From: Paramoeba atlantica
Lineage: Eukaryota > Protista > Discosea
Assembly: GCA_977017575.1 (NCBI GenBank)
Contig: CDRNVI010000053.1
Span: forward strand, 434,001 to 498,000
Direction of reading: 5' to 3'
DNA: 64,000 nucleotides
Part shown: positions 40,619-50,400 of the stretch, in pieces
How positions within the stretch are numbered: the first letter of the stretch is position 1
Layout: every line of letters starts with the position of its first letter
Position numbers and translations under genes: made by a program
The notes under the pieces: model-generated
What the model was told of the DNA's origin: nothing
Databases searched by the model: none
Seen by the model: the letters and a program-made list of their open reading frames with translations, nothing else

Positions 40619-43600
40619 ATGATCCACCTAATTCTTTTTTTATGTCTTCTCTGCTCTCCACTTCAAGCCTCTGAAGTTATTGAACTAACGCGTGAAAACT
40701 TCTATCAATATACGGATGTCGGTCACACTGCTGTAGAATTTTACGCGCCGTGGTGCGGTCACTGTCAAGATTTGACTCCAGAATGGGAGGAAGCGGCAAA
40801 AACTACAAAATCGATAGTATTCGGTAAAGTGGATGCGACAAAAGAGGAAGAATTGGCGCATGAATACAACATTCGTGGTTATCCTACAATACTGCTCTTT
40901 GAAGAAGGGTCTGCTACAGAATACACCGGTGGTAGGAAGGCTACGGAGATAGTGGAGTGGATGGAAAGTAGGATTCAACCGCCAGTGCGCGAGGCTTCGT
41001 CCATGGAATCTTTAGGAATAAACACAAGAAATACTGGAAAAATTAGTTTGGCATTATGCTATCCGCTTGAGAGCCACATTGGAGAAGCATTCACTAGTCA
41101 TGCGCGCCGATTGCGCAGCAACTTTTCATTTTTTCATGTCGCTGAGTGTAGCACCCAGTCAAGTCATGCAGTTTTTATGCATAAGCCTTTCGAAGAAGAA
41201 ATTTCTAAGTTTCGGGGTAATCTTGAAGATAACGAGGTTTTCGATGCGTGGCTTCGAGCGGAATCCTTCCCCGCTTTGGCCGAGATTGGTCCGGACAACG
41301 TTAAATCTTATATGGAACGCGGTTTGCCATTGGCATGGCTCTTTGTTGACCCTACGCACGAAGAACGAACATCTCAGGCGTTGAAAACCGTTCGTGACGT
41401 TGCTCTCCGATTTCGAAACAATATGAGTTTTGTGTACCTTCCTGGCAAGGAGTACGCACAAATTATGAACCAACTTGGGCACAATGGTACTATTTTTCCT
41501 TCGTTTTCCATTGACAGGAAGACGAATGAATATTATGCCTTTCCTCCTGGAGAAGAACTGGAAGAAAAGAATCTTTCAGAGTTTTGTGATGCATTCTTTA
41601 GCGACCGATTGCAGCGTTCCTTGAAATCTGAGCCCAGTCCAACTCAGTCTCTTTGTGAAGGCTTAACTACTATCGTAGGAACAACATTTCAGAAGATCGT
41701 ACTTGATCGGGAGCAGGACACTCTTGTAGCATTTCATGCCCCTTGGTGTGAGCCTTGCAAAAAATTGATGCGCTCGTATCGTCGTTTGGCGATCGCCCTC
41801 CAAGGAAGTGAAATAAACGTGGCTCAAATTGATGTCGGGTCGAACGATCTCTCTGGCAATGTTACTCTATCCTCGCTTCCCACTGTTTTACTTTTCCTTA
41901 ATAATAAAACTGAACCACTACGCTACCCTGGACCATATACTGCAGAAAGCCTACTAGAATTTCTTAAAACTCATACGAATACGGAAATCACAGTTTCTGA
42001 GGGCGACGACCTAATTTCCGACATTGCCGCTGAAGAGATATTAACACTCGATAGGTTTCGCGAATTACTTGCAGAAGACACAGCGCGGGTAATGCTTTTC
42101 ACTAATACAAGAGGGGCGAAGTACTATGAGTATAAAAGAATTTGTTCATCTCTCAGTGAGATAGCTAACTTGGCATTCGTGCAAAACGAGAACATCGCGC
42201 ACCCTCATCATGACGGCTCTCTAGTGCTTTACCGTCCATGGATGGCTCATAACGAGAGAAATTTAACGTTTACAGGTGATATTTCTAATCACTCAATGCT
42301 TACTCAATGGATAAAGGACAACAGTTTTCCTTTGATAGATGAAATTAATGCCGAAAAACATTCAAGATACGCTAGTCGAGGTCTTCCGATGCTTTGGCTC
42401 TTTGCTATACCAGAGGATAAAGAATCAGAAAAAGCTAAAGATGTTCTTTTGGCAGTTGCAGAACATTTCAAAACTAAGATGAGTTGTGTTTGGTTAAATC
42501 ATACAATGCACCCCAGAATGGCATCTCGATTTACGCTGTCGGGTGAAATATTTCCTGCTTTAGCAATTGATGACTTAGCGACACGATCGTTTTACGTGTA
42601 TCCTGAAGAGAGGTCATTGGACTTTGATTCAATAACAAAATTTACCCAAGATTTTCTAGATGGCAATTTGAAACGTTCACTTTTCTCTGAGCCCATACCC
42701 CACAGAGAGACATTCAAGGGATTGACCACATTGGTAAGTAAAGCATTAGAGAAGTATGTAAATAAGGGCGATAAGGACTTGCTTCTTGAGTTTTATTCAC
42801 CGGAGTGTGGCTACTGTCAGGAATTTGATCCAATATATCGAAAGATAGCGCTTTCATTACGCCCAGTGTCTAATCTTATTGTCGGATCTATAGATGCAGT
42901 CGCAAACGAAATTATGTCCTCCTTTACAATTACTGGTTACCCGACGCTCTATTTCTGCCCGGTCGGAAAGGAACACATTCTTTACGAAGGACCACGCGAG
43001 CCCTACGATATACTGGAATTCGTCAAGCTGCACGCAACCGTTGATATTAATATAACTACGAAAGACCTTGACAATCCAAAGAACATTGTGGAAGTTCTTA
43101 CAGATTGGGGAGATCTTGAAGACTTTAAAGGCTATTCTGATGCAGCCCTTGTATGCTTCGCTCACGAGTCGGGTCAAGTAGCTTCCCATTTCAATGCTAC
43201 GATTTCTCTTTTTCCGATATATGTTGATGCTGCGATATACGTGTGCCGTGAAATACCTCATGAATTAGACAACCATGTCGTCCTTTTCAGGGCGTTGGAC
43301 AACGAAAATGTTACATTTACGGGAGATCTGACATCCGCAAGTGAGCTGCACGAATTCCTAGAATCTGAGGCATTTCCTTTAATAAGCGAGATGAATCCTA
43401 TGTTACATCACCGCTATGAAGCAAGAGGGCTTCCTCTGGTGTGGATTCTTCTCAACCGAACTGACATCGAGCGAAGTGTAAATACGCTCACGATTGCTCA
43501 AGTTGTTGCTGGGATGTATCGGAAGAAGTTCAGTTTTATACACGTTGATGGCTCGGAACAAGTTGACATCAGCGATATGTTTCAATTCTCGGGTTACGTA

Positions 43601-43834
43601 TTTCCAGTGGCTGGGATTGATGACCCGGAATCAGGCAATTATTATGCCATGCCGGAAACAACCGAATTTACAACGCAATCATTGAGTGATTTTTTGGAAG
43701 AATTTTTATCCGGCACGCTTGAACCCGTTTCCGAAGAGGCAATATCACCGGAATCTGATGTTGAATGGGAACAATCAGAACGCGATGAATCGCATTCTAC
43801 TGAACTTCCTTTAGAAATTATGGAAGAACTTTGA
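40619..43834 (+). CDS. Expanded protein disulfide isomerase (a-b-b'-a'-b-b'-a''-b-b')
   Basis: Signal peptide; WCGHC, WCEPC and ECGYC sites; three GLP(L/M)xW b' modules; acidic tail ending MEEL. Confidence 0.88.
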   Translation: MIHLILFLCLLCSPLQASEVIELTRENFYQYTDVGHTAVEFYAPWCGHCQDLTPEWEEAAKTTKSIVFGKVDATKEEELAHEYNIRGYPTILLFEEGSATEYTGGRKATEIVEWMESRIQPPVREASSMESLGINTRNTGKISLALCYPLESHIGEAFTSHARRLRSNFSFFHVAECSTQSSHAVFMHKPFEEEISKFRGNLEDNEVFDAWLRAESFPALAEIGPDNVKSYMERGLPLAWLFVDPTHEERTSQALKTVRDVALRFRNNMSFVYLPGKEYAQIMNQLGHNGTIFPSFSIDRKTNEYYAFPPGEELEEKNLSEFCDAFFSDRLQRSLKSEPSPTQSLCEGLTTIVGTTFQKIVLDREQDTLVAFHAPWCEPCKKLMRSYRRLAIALQGSEINVAQIDVGSNDLSGNVTLSSLPTVLLFLNNKTEPLRYPGPYTAESLLEFLKTHTNTEITVSEGDDLISDIAAEEILTLDRFRELLAEDTARVMLFTNTRGAKYYEYKRICSSLSEIANLAFVQNENIAHPHHDGSLVLYRPWMAHNERNLTFTGDISNHSMLTQWIKDNSFPLIDEINAEKHSRYASRGLPMLWLFAIPEDKESEKAKDVLLAVAEHFKTKMSCVWLNHTMHPRMASRFTLSGEIFPALAIDDLATRSFYVYPEERSLDFDSITKFTQDFLDGNLKRSLFSEPIPHRETFKGLTTLVSKALEKYVNKGDKDLLLEFYSPECGYCQEFDPIYRKIALSLRPVSNLIVGSIDAVANEIMSSFTITGYPTLYFCPVGKEHILYEGPREPYDILEFVKLHATVDINITTKDLDNPKNIVEVLTDWGDLEDFKGYSDAALVCFAHESGQVASHFNATISLFPIYVDAAIYVCREIPHELDNHVVLFRALDNENVTFTGDLTSASELHEFLESEAFPLISEMNPMLHHRYEARGLPLVWILLNRTDIERSVNTLTIAQVVAGMYRKKFSFIHVDGSEQVDISDMFQFSGYVFPVAGIDDPESGNYYAMPETTEFTTQSLSDFLEEFLSGTLEPVSEEAISPESDVEWEQSERDESHSTELPLEIMEEL

Positions 43835-44149
43835 TATCATAATTTTGAAATGCGGTCGGGACGGACTTATGTATCCTGATGAAATGTTCGCATAAGCAGA
43901 TCATGCACATGTATGGGCGATATGTTTTTATTCCTTTAAGGCCTGATTCTAGGAGGGTTGTAGATGAACACGCTAGGAGATTGGGGTATATGGTTAAGTA
44001 ACTCATTCTAGTTCAATACGTTTCTTTAGTTCTTTCTTGTAGCCGCCTTTAATTATTTCTTGTACTGGTACCTGGAATTATTACCTTGTATTACATTATT
44101 TCTTTGGTATTTAAAGGCGTTAAGTATTTACGATTTCTGAAGAAGGCAC

Positions 44150-45589
44150 ATGTCACTACTCTTAACGCTTCTGAGCTTTCTGTTCCTTAGCACCGGACGC
44201 ATCTCTGCCTCGGACGTTGTGGTTGGCACCCCAGAAAATTTTCATGAAACTATCAAAGAGGGAGTCATAATGGTGGAATTTTATGCTCCTTGGTGCACTC
44301 ATTGCAAGAAGCTAGAGCCGGAGTGGGAGAGTGCGGCTACGGAACTTAAGGGACAGGCAACATTCATGAAGTTCGACGCTACCACCGACGAGTCACTGGC
44401 CCGAGGCTATGGCGTGAAGGGCTTTCCCACTATTAAAGTGTTTGTCGACGGAGAAGTGGGAGACTACGAAGGAGAGCGTACAGCCAAAGCACTCGTTGCT
44501 TTCGCCAAACGTAGACTTTCTTCACCCGTTGTTGAAATCAGTGATGCAGAAGCTTTAGCTGCTTTTAAAGCGGACAATGTTGTGGGTATAGTCCTTTACA
44601 CTTCCCCCAATAGTGATGTTTTCAAAAGTTTTGATCGTAATGCCAAGGCTTTGCGTGAGACAGTACCGTTTGCTGTCGTATACGACAGCGTTCTCCTTGG
44701 TGAGTACACCTTGGACTCCATAGTAATGTTCAAGCGTTTCGAAGAAAACGAAACTAGGTTTGAGGGAGATATTGCTGACCGAAAAGCCTTTGAAAAGTGG
44801 GTGCTGGTAGAAGCTTTTCCACTATTAGGGGAAATAGGACCTGACAACTACCGTAACTATGTGAAACGCGGCTTCCCCCTTGCTTGGCTTTTCGTTGATC
44901 CTTCCGTGGAGGATGCAACGCTTGAAGTTCAAAAACTTGTACGTGGAGTGGCGAGTAAGTACAAAGGGGCGTTGAGCTTTGTCTATCTCCCGATACAAGA
45001 TGGAAATTACCTACAAATGGTCCGTCGCTTTGGTTTAACTGGTGATAAATATCCAGTTTTCGCCATTGATGCGGCCGAAAATAAGTACTTCGCCTATTCT
45101 GAAGATCAAGATATTAGTGCAGAGGCATTAGAAGAATTTTGTTCCAAGTTTGTGAACGGTTCCTTGGAGCGTACCGTAAAATCTGAAGCAGTACCAGAGG
45201 TTGCTGAAGTGGATGGACTGACTACTGTTGTGGGGAAAACGTTCTTATCCGTCGTCAAGAACACGACAAATGATGTTCTTCTTGTGCTACACGCCCCATG
45301 GTGTGGGCATTGCAAACATTTGGCCCCTACATACGGTTCTCTTGCATCAGCGCTACGAGATGTGCCGACTATTACAGTAGCACAAATGGACGCGACAACG
45401 AACGACCCCTCGGAAGATTTTGATGTCCAAGGCTTTCCGTCAATTTTTTTCATACCTGCAGGAAAGGAAAAGATGATGTACGAAGGTGAACGAAGTGCAT
45501 CCGCTATGTTGGCGTATGTCAAGGAACACGCCACGCACCACATCGATGTAGATGAAAGCGCAGTCGGACAGCCTTCCGAAGGCCAGTGA
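44150..45589 (+). CDS. PDI: Protein disulfide isomerase, canonical a-b-b'-a'
   Basis: Signal peptide; FYAPWCTHC and HAPWCGHC; GFPTIK and GFPSIF. Confidence 0.93.
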   Translation: MSLLLTLLSFLFLSTGRISASDVVVGTPENFHETIKEGVIMVEFYAPWCTHCKKLEPEWESAATELKGQATFMKFDATTDESLARGYGVKGFPTIKVFVDGEVGDYEGERTAKALVAFAKRRLSSPVVEISDAEALAAFKADNVVGIVLYTSPNSDVFKSFDRNAKALRETVPFAVVYDSVLLGEYTLDSIVMFKRFEENETRFEGDIADRKAFEKWVLVEAFPLLGEIGPDNYRNYVKRGFPLAWLFVDPSVEDATLEVQKLVRGVASKYKGALSFVYLPIQDGNYLQMVRRFGLTGDKYPVFAIDAAENKYFAYSEDQDISAEALEEFCSKFVNGSLERTVKSEAVPEVAEVDGLTTVVGKTFLSVVKNTTNDVLLVLHAPWCGHCKHLAPTYGSLASALRDVPTITVAQMDATTNDPSEDFDVQGFPSIFFIPAGKEKMMYEGERSASAMLAYVKEHATHHIDVDESAVGQPSEGQ

Positions 45590-45898
45590 CAAGGATTGGA
45601 TCACATTAGGAATTCTAGAAAAGGCTTTGCTCGAGTTTAAAACGTTAGGTTCATTATACAAGTTGTTAGTGGATTTACTACTCCTCATTCTTTGTGGGCG
45701 CACTATCATCCATTTATCAAGAATTGCTTTTTTGCTGTTTTACAGTTGAATATTGGTTAATACAAAAATCATATGTTTAAGCTTTTACTGCTGCTTTGAA
45801 TTCCAATACATTTATTGAAATATTTCTAGTGAGATTCGAGCTGAGATTCAAACAATTATTTGCTGAAATACATCAGATAATAGATTACTGCTATAATA

Positions 45899-47149
45899 AT
45901 GCCGAATCTCCATGTATCTCTGTACAGAACTGTGCTCAAGAAAGCGAACTCAATTTTGCGTGCATACAACGGAAACTTACACTGGGCGACAAAATCCATC
46001 TTTGGTAATGCCATTCATCCTCTCTATTGGAACACCATAGGCTCCACCCCACGTGACATCATACGACACTATTTCACTAAAGGCCTCCCCCCCGGTCTCC
46101 CTCCCCGTACCCGCTCCCTCATTGTCTTCGAACTCCTCAAACGCATGAACCTCGCCGTCGCGGACCCCTCCTCCGAGCGCAGTCTCCTTCACCCCATCTC
46201 CCTTCGTCGTGGCGACGCCCCCCCCTTCCACGTCACCAGCTACCAGGAAGACGCCCTCCCCCCACCCCCTCGACTCACCCTCCGTGGCGACCCCTTCTGG
46301 GCCATCCAACTCTGCTGCCCCTCCGTGTGCTTCCCCTGGAAGGAGGAGTTCACCTGGGTCAATCCCCCCCACCCCCTCCCCCCCTCTTCCCCCCCCTCCT
46401 CCCCCAAACTCCTCTCCACCTCAACGATCACCACCACCGCGAAAGTCGAGGTCGCGGTCACCACTCGACTCATCTGCGCCCATAAGGAAACCCACAACCA
46501 CGTGTTTGAGTACCGCATCAAAATCACCAACACGGGGAGCCCCGGGCGCGACCCCACCGTCCAGGTCCTCTCCCGGCACTGGTACTTCCTGGACTGGCAC
46601 TGCGAGACGCTGGTGGAGGTGGTGGGGAAAGGGGTGCTGGGGCAGTTCCCGTGGCTCCCCCCCGGCGAGAGCCACACCTACACCTCCGGGACGGATCTAA
46701 GCTCCCGGCATGGCGTGATGAAGGGGCTGTTGCAGGTGGCACGGTTTGCGTGCCCTCCCCCGCGTGGGGGAGGGGGGGGGACAGCCGTGGAGGAGGAGGA
46801 GGGGGGGATACCGCCTGAGGGGGATGTCGTGGAGGCGTTGGAAAGGGAGCTTACAGCAAAGGCGTCTGTGGTGCAAGGGGGTGTGAAAGGGGGGGAACAA
46901 GAGAAGGGGGAAACGGGAAACAAGGGGGTGGATGATAAAAAGCGGGAAAAAAGGGAGAGAGGTAAAGAAAAAAGTCATGGTGTAAAACCCGACGTGTCGA
47001 AGTGTTCTGAAAGTGTATGCTCGGACGTTCCTGTATCGAAGAATGAGAAAAAAGTTGAAGCACCTAGCGATTCGCAACCTTCTCAACCTCCGGAAACGTT
47101 CATTGATATGATTGACGTTTTCGTTGCACCGACTTTATTTTCCGGTTAA
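45899..47149 (+). CDS. ApaG (DUF525) domain protein with an N-terminal LYR-like motif
   Basis: FEYRIKITN...VQVLSRHW...EVVGKGVLGQFPWLPPGESHTYTSGT...GVMKG; N-terminal VSLYRTVLK. Confidence 0.85.
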   Translation: MPNLHVSLYRTVLKKANSILRAYNGNLHWATKSIFGNAIHPLYWNTIGSTPRDIIRHYFTKGLPPGLPPRTRSLIVFELLKRMNLAVADPSSERSLLHPISLRRGDAPPFHVTSYQEDALPPPPRLTLRGDPFWAIQLCCPSVCFPWKEEFTWVNPPHPLPPSSPPSSPKLLSTSTITTTAKVEVAVTTRLICAHKETHNHVFEYRIKITNTGSPGRDPTVQVLSRHWYFLDWHCETLVEVVGKGVLGQFPWLPPGESHTYTSGTDLSSRHGVMKGLLQVARFACPPPRGGGGGTAVEEEEGGIPPEGDVVEALERELTAKASVVQGGVKGGEQEKGETGNKGVDDKKREKRERGKEKSHGVKPDVSKCSESVCSDVPVSKNEKKVEAPSDSQPSQPPETFIDMIDVFVAPTLFSG

Positions 47150-47468
47150 GTCAAATCCCTTCTTTTGCACCGTTTGAACATTTTTAGTCAGTTTGAGTTG
47201 GTTGGAGATTTACTCCATGTATAACCAAGGATATAGCTTTACTCTATTTGCACAAAACGTGCCTATAGAAAGCCTGTTGTGGGATATTCTGCATTGTTGA
47301 TTTTCTTAAAATGGCGTTTATTATACGCTATACTATAACGTATAATTTTGTAAGATTATGGAGACGTTCCCATAACTGGGCGTCAAGAGGCAAAAGTAAG
47401 GGAATGGGGCTGTTCTACTTTACAGTGTGCGTAAGCATTATTTTCCTTTGCTACAATTCCTTATCACC

Positions 47469-50400
47469 ATGAATGCCCCTTTCAACAACGCAGCTCTTGA
47501 GCGCATGGAACACGACTGGATCAATGCAAACAAAAGAAAATATTGTCCTGATCATACGAGCAAAGTACATTCTACTGCACGCGATGCACTTCCAGTCGAA
47601 TATCTACGGAAGCTTGTGCGCGACAACTGTGATTTGACGGGGAAGAAAAACCGGGAAGAACGTGCGCTTCATGTTTCTGCGCTGCGTTATCTACCCCAGG
47701 CGATCATGAAACTCTGGGAAAATATTCCAATGCCTTGGGAAACTGTACGCGAAGCTACCGTCGCTTTTCATACCACAGGAGCTCTTACGATTATTACAGA
47801 AACTCCAAAAGTTTTAAGTTCTGTATTTAAAGCGCAATGGGGCGCCATGTGGACCAGGATGAGGAAGGAAAAAAGCATTCGAGTCCACTTTCTGCGTGCA
47901 CAAGTCACGCCTGTCTTTGATGATGAAGAGCCTCCCGTAGACTATGGAGACGTCGTGCTCGACCTTCCTGAACAGGATTCGGTTCCATTTGATCTCGATG
48001 AGACTGAAAACGAGAAAGCTATGGAATTGCTGCTTGCAACTACGAACCTTTCAGGGAACGAGGGGGTTATTATACCAATCCAAACGCAGCTTACTTTCTT
48101 TCGACAATGTCGTATACTCGCTGGTGAGGTGGGAGACTCAAATTATTTTTACCTGTTTGCTACAGATACGTTTCTTACCGGGAAAGCACTCGGAGTGGCA
48201 ATTCCTGGAGCTCCTCGATTTCAGCCTCTGTATCACGATGCGCATGACGAAGAGGAATGGACAGAGTTTAATGACCTCAATAAAGCCGTTATTCGTCAGC
48301 CTCTTCGAACCGAACACCAGCTTGCTTTTCCACATTTGTACAACTCTCGTCCTCGGAATGTTTCGATCTCTTCATATCACTTTCCGCTCATGATGTACCT
48401 ACGATGTGTCGACCCTGAACTCGATGCTTTTTCGTACGATCCTTGCGTATGTCCAGTACCATACTCAAAAACAATTCATGATTGCGATCGGGATGGTGGT
48501 TTTCATGAAATTAATAACATGCCTCTCGACTTCATGCCATTTTTTTCGAACCTTCCATTGTGTACCACCTCTACGGCACCCGCTGTAGAATTATTTTGGA
48601 CAAATCTCACTTCCCGACGTGAATTTCCCCTTTGTCGAACCGAGATACAATTGGTAAACTCATGGAGCAAAGAACGTAGTTTAGATTCATTGCCTGCCAA
48701 GGTTCGAATTTCCTACCAGAAGATTTTAAAGCAACATACGCACAATTCAATGGTTAAGAGGAAGAAGGATTTTGGTATATGTGAAAAGCAGGACAATCCT
48801 CATCAGGTTTCCCTCCGTTCGTCGAAACAGAGCTTAGGCGATTTTCTCCTTGAATCAAGAAATTTTATTAGTTCGAGAGTTGACTGGTTAGAAGCTGGAC
48901 TGCAATTGTGTCGTCAAGCGCATAACATGCTGACACTACTTCTTCAGCGACGAAATATGGATTTCCTTCATTTGGACTACAATTTCCATCTCAAACCAGT
49001 AAAAGCACTTACTACAAGGCAACGCAAACGTAGTCGGTTGGGACCTGCATTTCACCTTCCCCGCGAAATTATGGGGCTTACAAAATCAATGTTGGATTTA
49101 CACGTCAAACATCGATTAGGCGAGCTCGATGCTTTCCAGCTTGCGGATGCATTGCAATACCTTTTTACTCACGTGGGAAAACTAACTGGATTATACCGAT
49201 ATAAGTATCGAATTATGCGCCAGATAAAGTGGGCTAAAGATATCAAGCACATTCTTTATTATCGTTTCAACACCGGTCCGGTAGGCAAAGGGCCTGGTAT
49301 GGGTTTCTGGGTTCCAGTTTGGCAAATGTGGCTTTCTTTTTTTCGTGGAATAGTACCAGTTGTGCAGAGATACATTTCGAACATGTTATCACGTGAATTC
49401 GAAGGAAGAAACGTCAAGGGAAACGCTAAAAAGGTAACTAAGCAAAGATCTGAAGCTAATTACGATCGCGAGCTCCGCCAAACTATAACTCAGGAAGTGG
49501 CCGATATGATACCACCTGGAATGAGGGAAAAGAAAATCAAACTTGTGTTGCAGCATTTCAGCGAAGCCTGGCGACGAAGAAAAAGCAATCAGCCTTGGAG
49601 AGTTCTCGGTCTTTCTCCAAATATTGAAGCACTCATATTGCGTTTCGTAAAACGAAAGGAGGAGTGGTGGGCAATGTCAGCACAACAGAACCGCATGAGA
49701 GTTATTTCCGGTCAAGCTGTTGATAAAGCATCAGTCAGAAAAAATCACGGACGCTTGGTGCGCCTACAACTGAAGACTGAGCAGGAACGTCAAAAAGATT
49801 GGATTTCGAACGGACCATATCTCTCCACAAATGACTTTACGGGAATATACACACTCATGGCAAAGTGGTTGGCCAGCCAGAAATTTCAACCAATACCCTT
49901 TCCTCCAGTAAATTATAAGCATGACATGAAAATATTACGGCTCGCTCTTGACAAGCTTAAAGAAAATCACGGAGCTCCTGGTTCTCGTACGACGTCAACA
50001 GCCAAGACAGAACAGCTTAAAATCGAAGAAGCTTTCAATAATCCCCAATCAACGATCAATGGTATCAAAAAGAGGTTGATGCAAATGCGCTCCTTTAAGG
50101 ATATGACAATTGAATATGTGGACTTCTTTACTCATATGCTTCCCGTATATGACATTGAACCAGACGAAAAAATTATGGATGCATACCTTACGCAATATTT
50201 GTTTTATGAATCAAGCCGTAGGGGTCTCTTTCCGAGTTGGATTAAGCCAAGCGATGATCTTCCTAACCCAGCCCGTCTATACAATTGGTGTCAATCAATT
50301 AACAATGTTCCGGGGGTATGGGAGACCTCTCGAGGAGAAAGCACTATTTATGTTGAGACTAAAATTGAACATTTATCTGACAAGGTTGAACACACTTTGT

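Noticed and set aside
45586-45640. Stop-codon readthrough or frameshift restoring a KDEL-type tail on the canonical PDI
   Set aside because: Neither the readthrough peptide (QGLDH...FARV) nor the alternative frame I checked (SDKDW...) gives an ER-retrieval motif.
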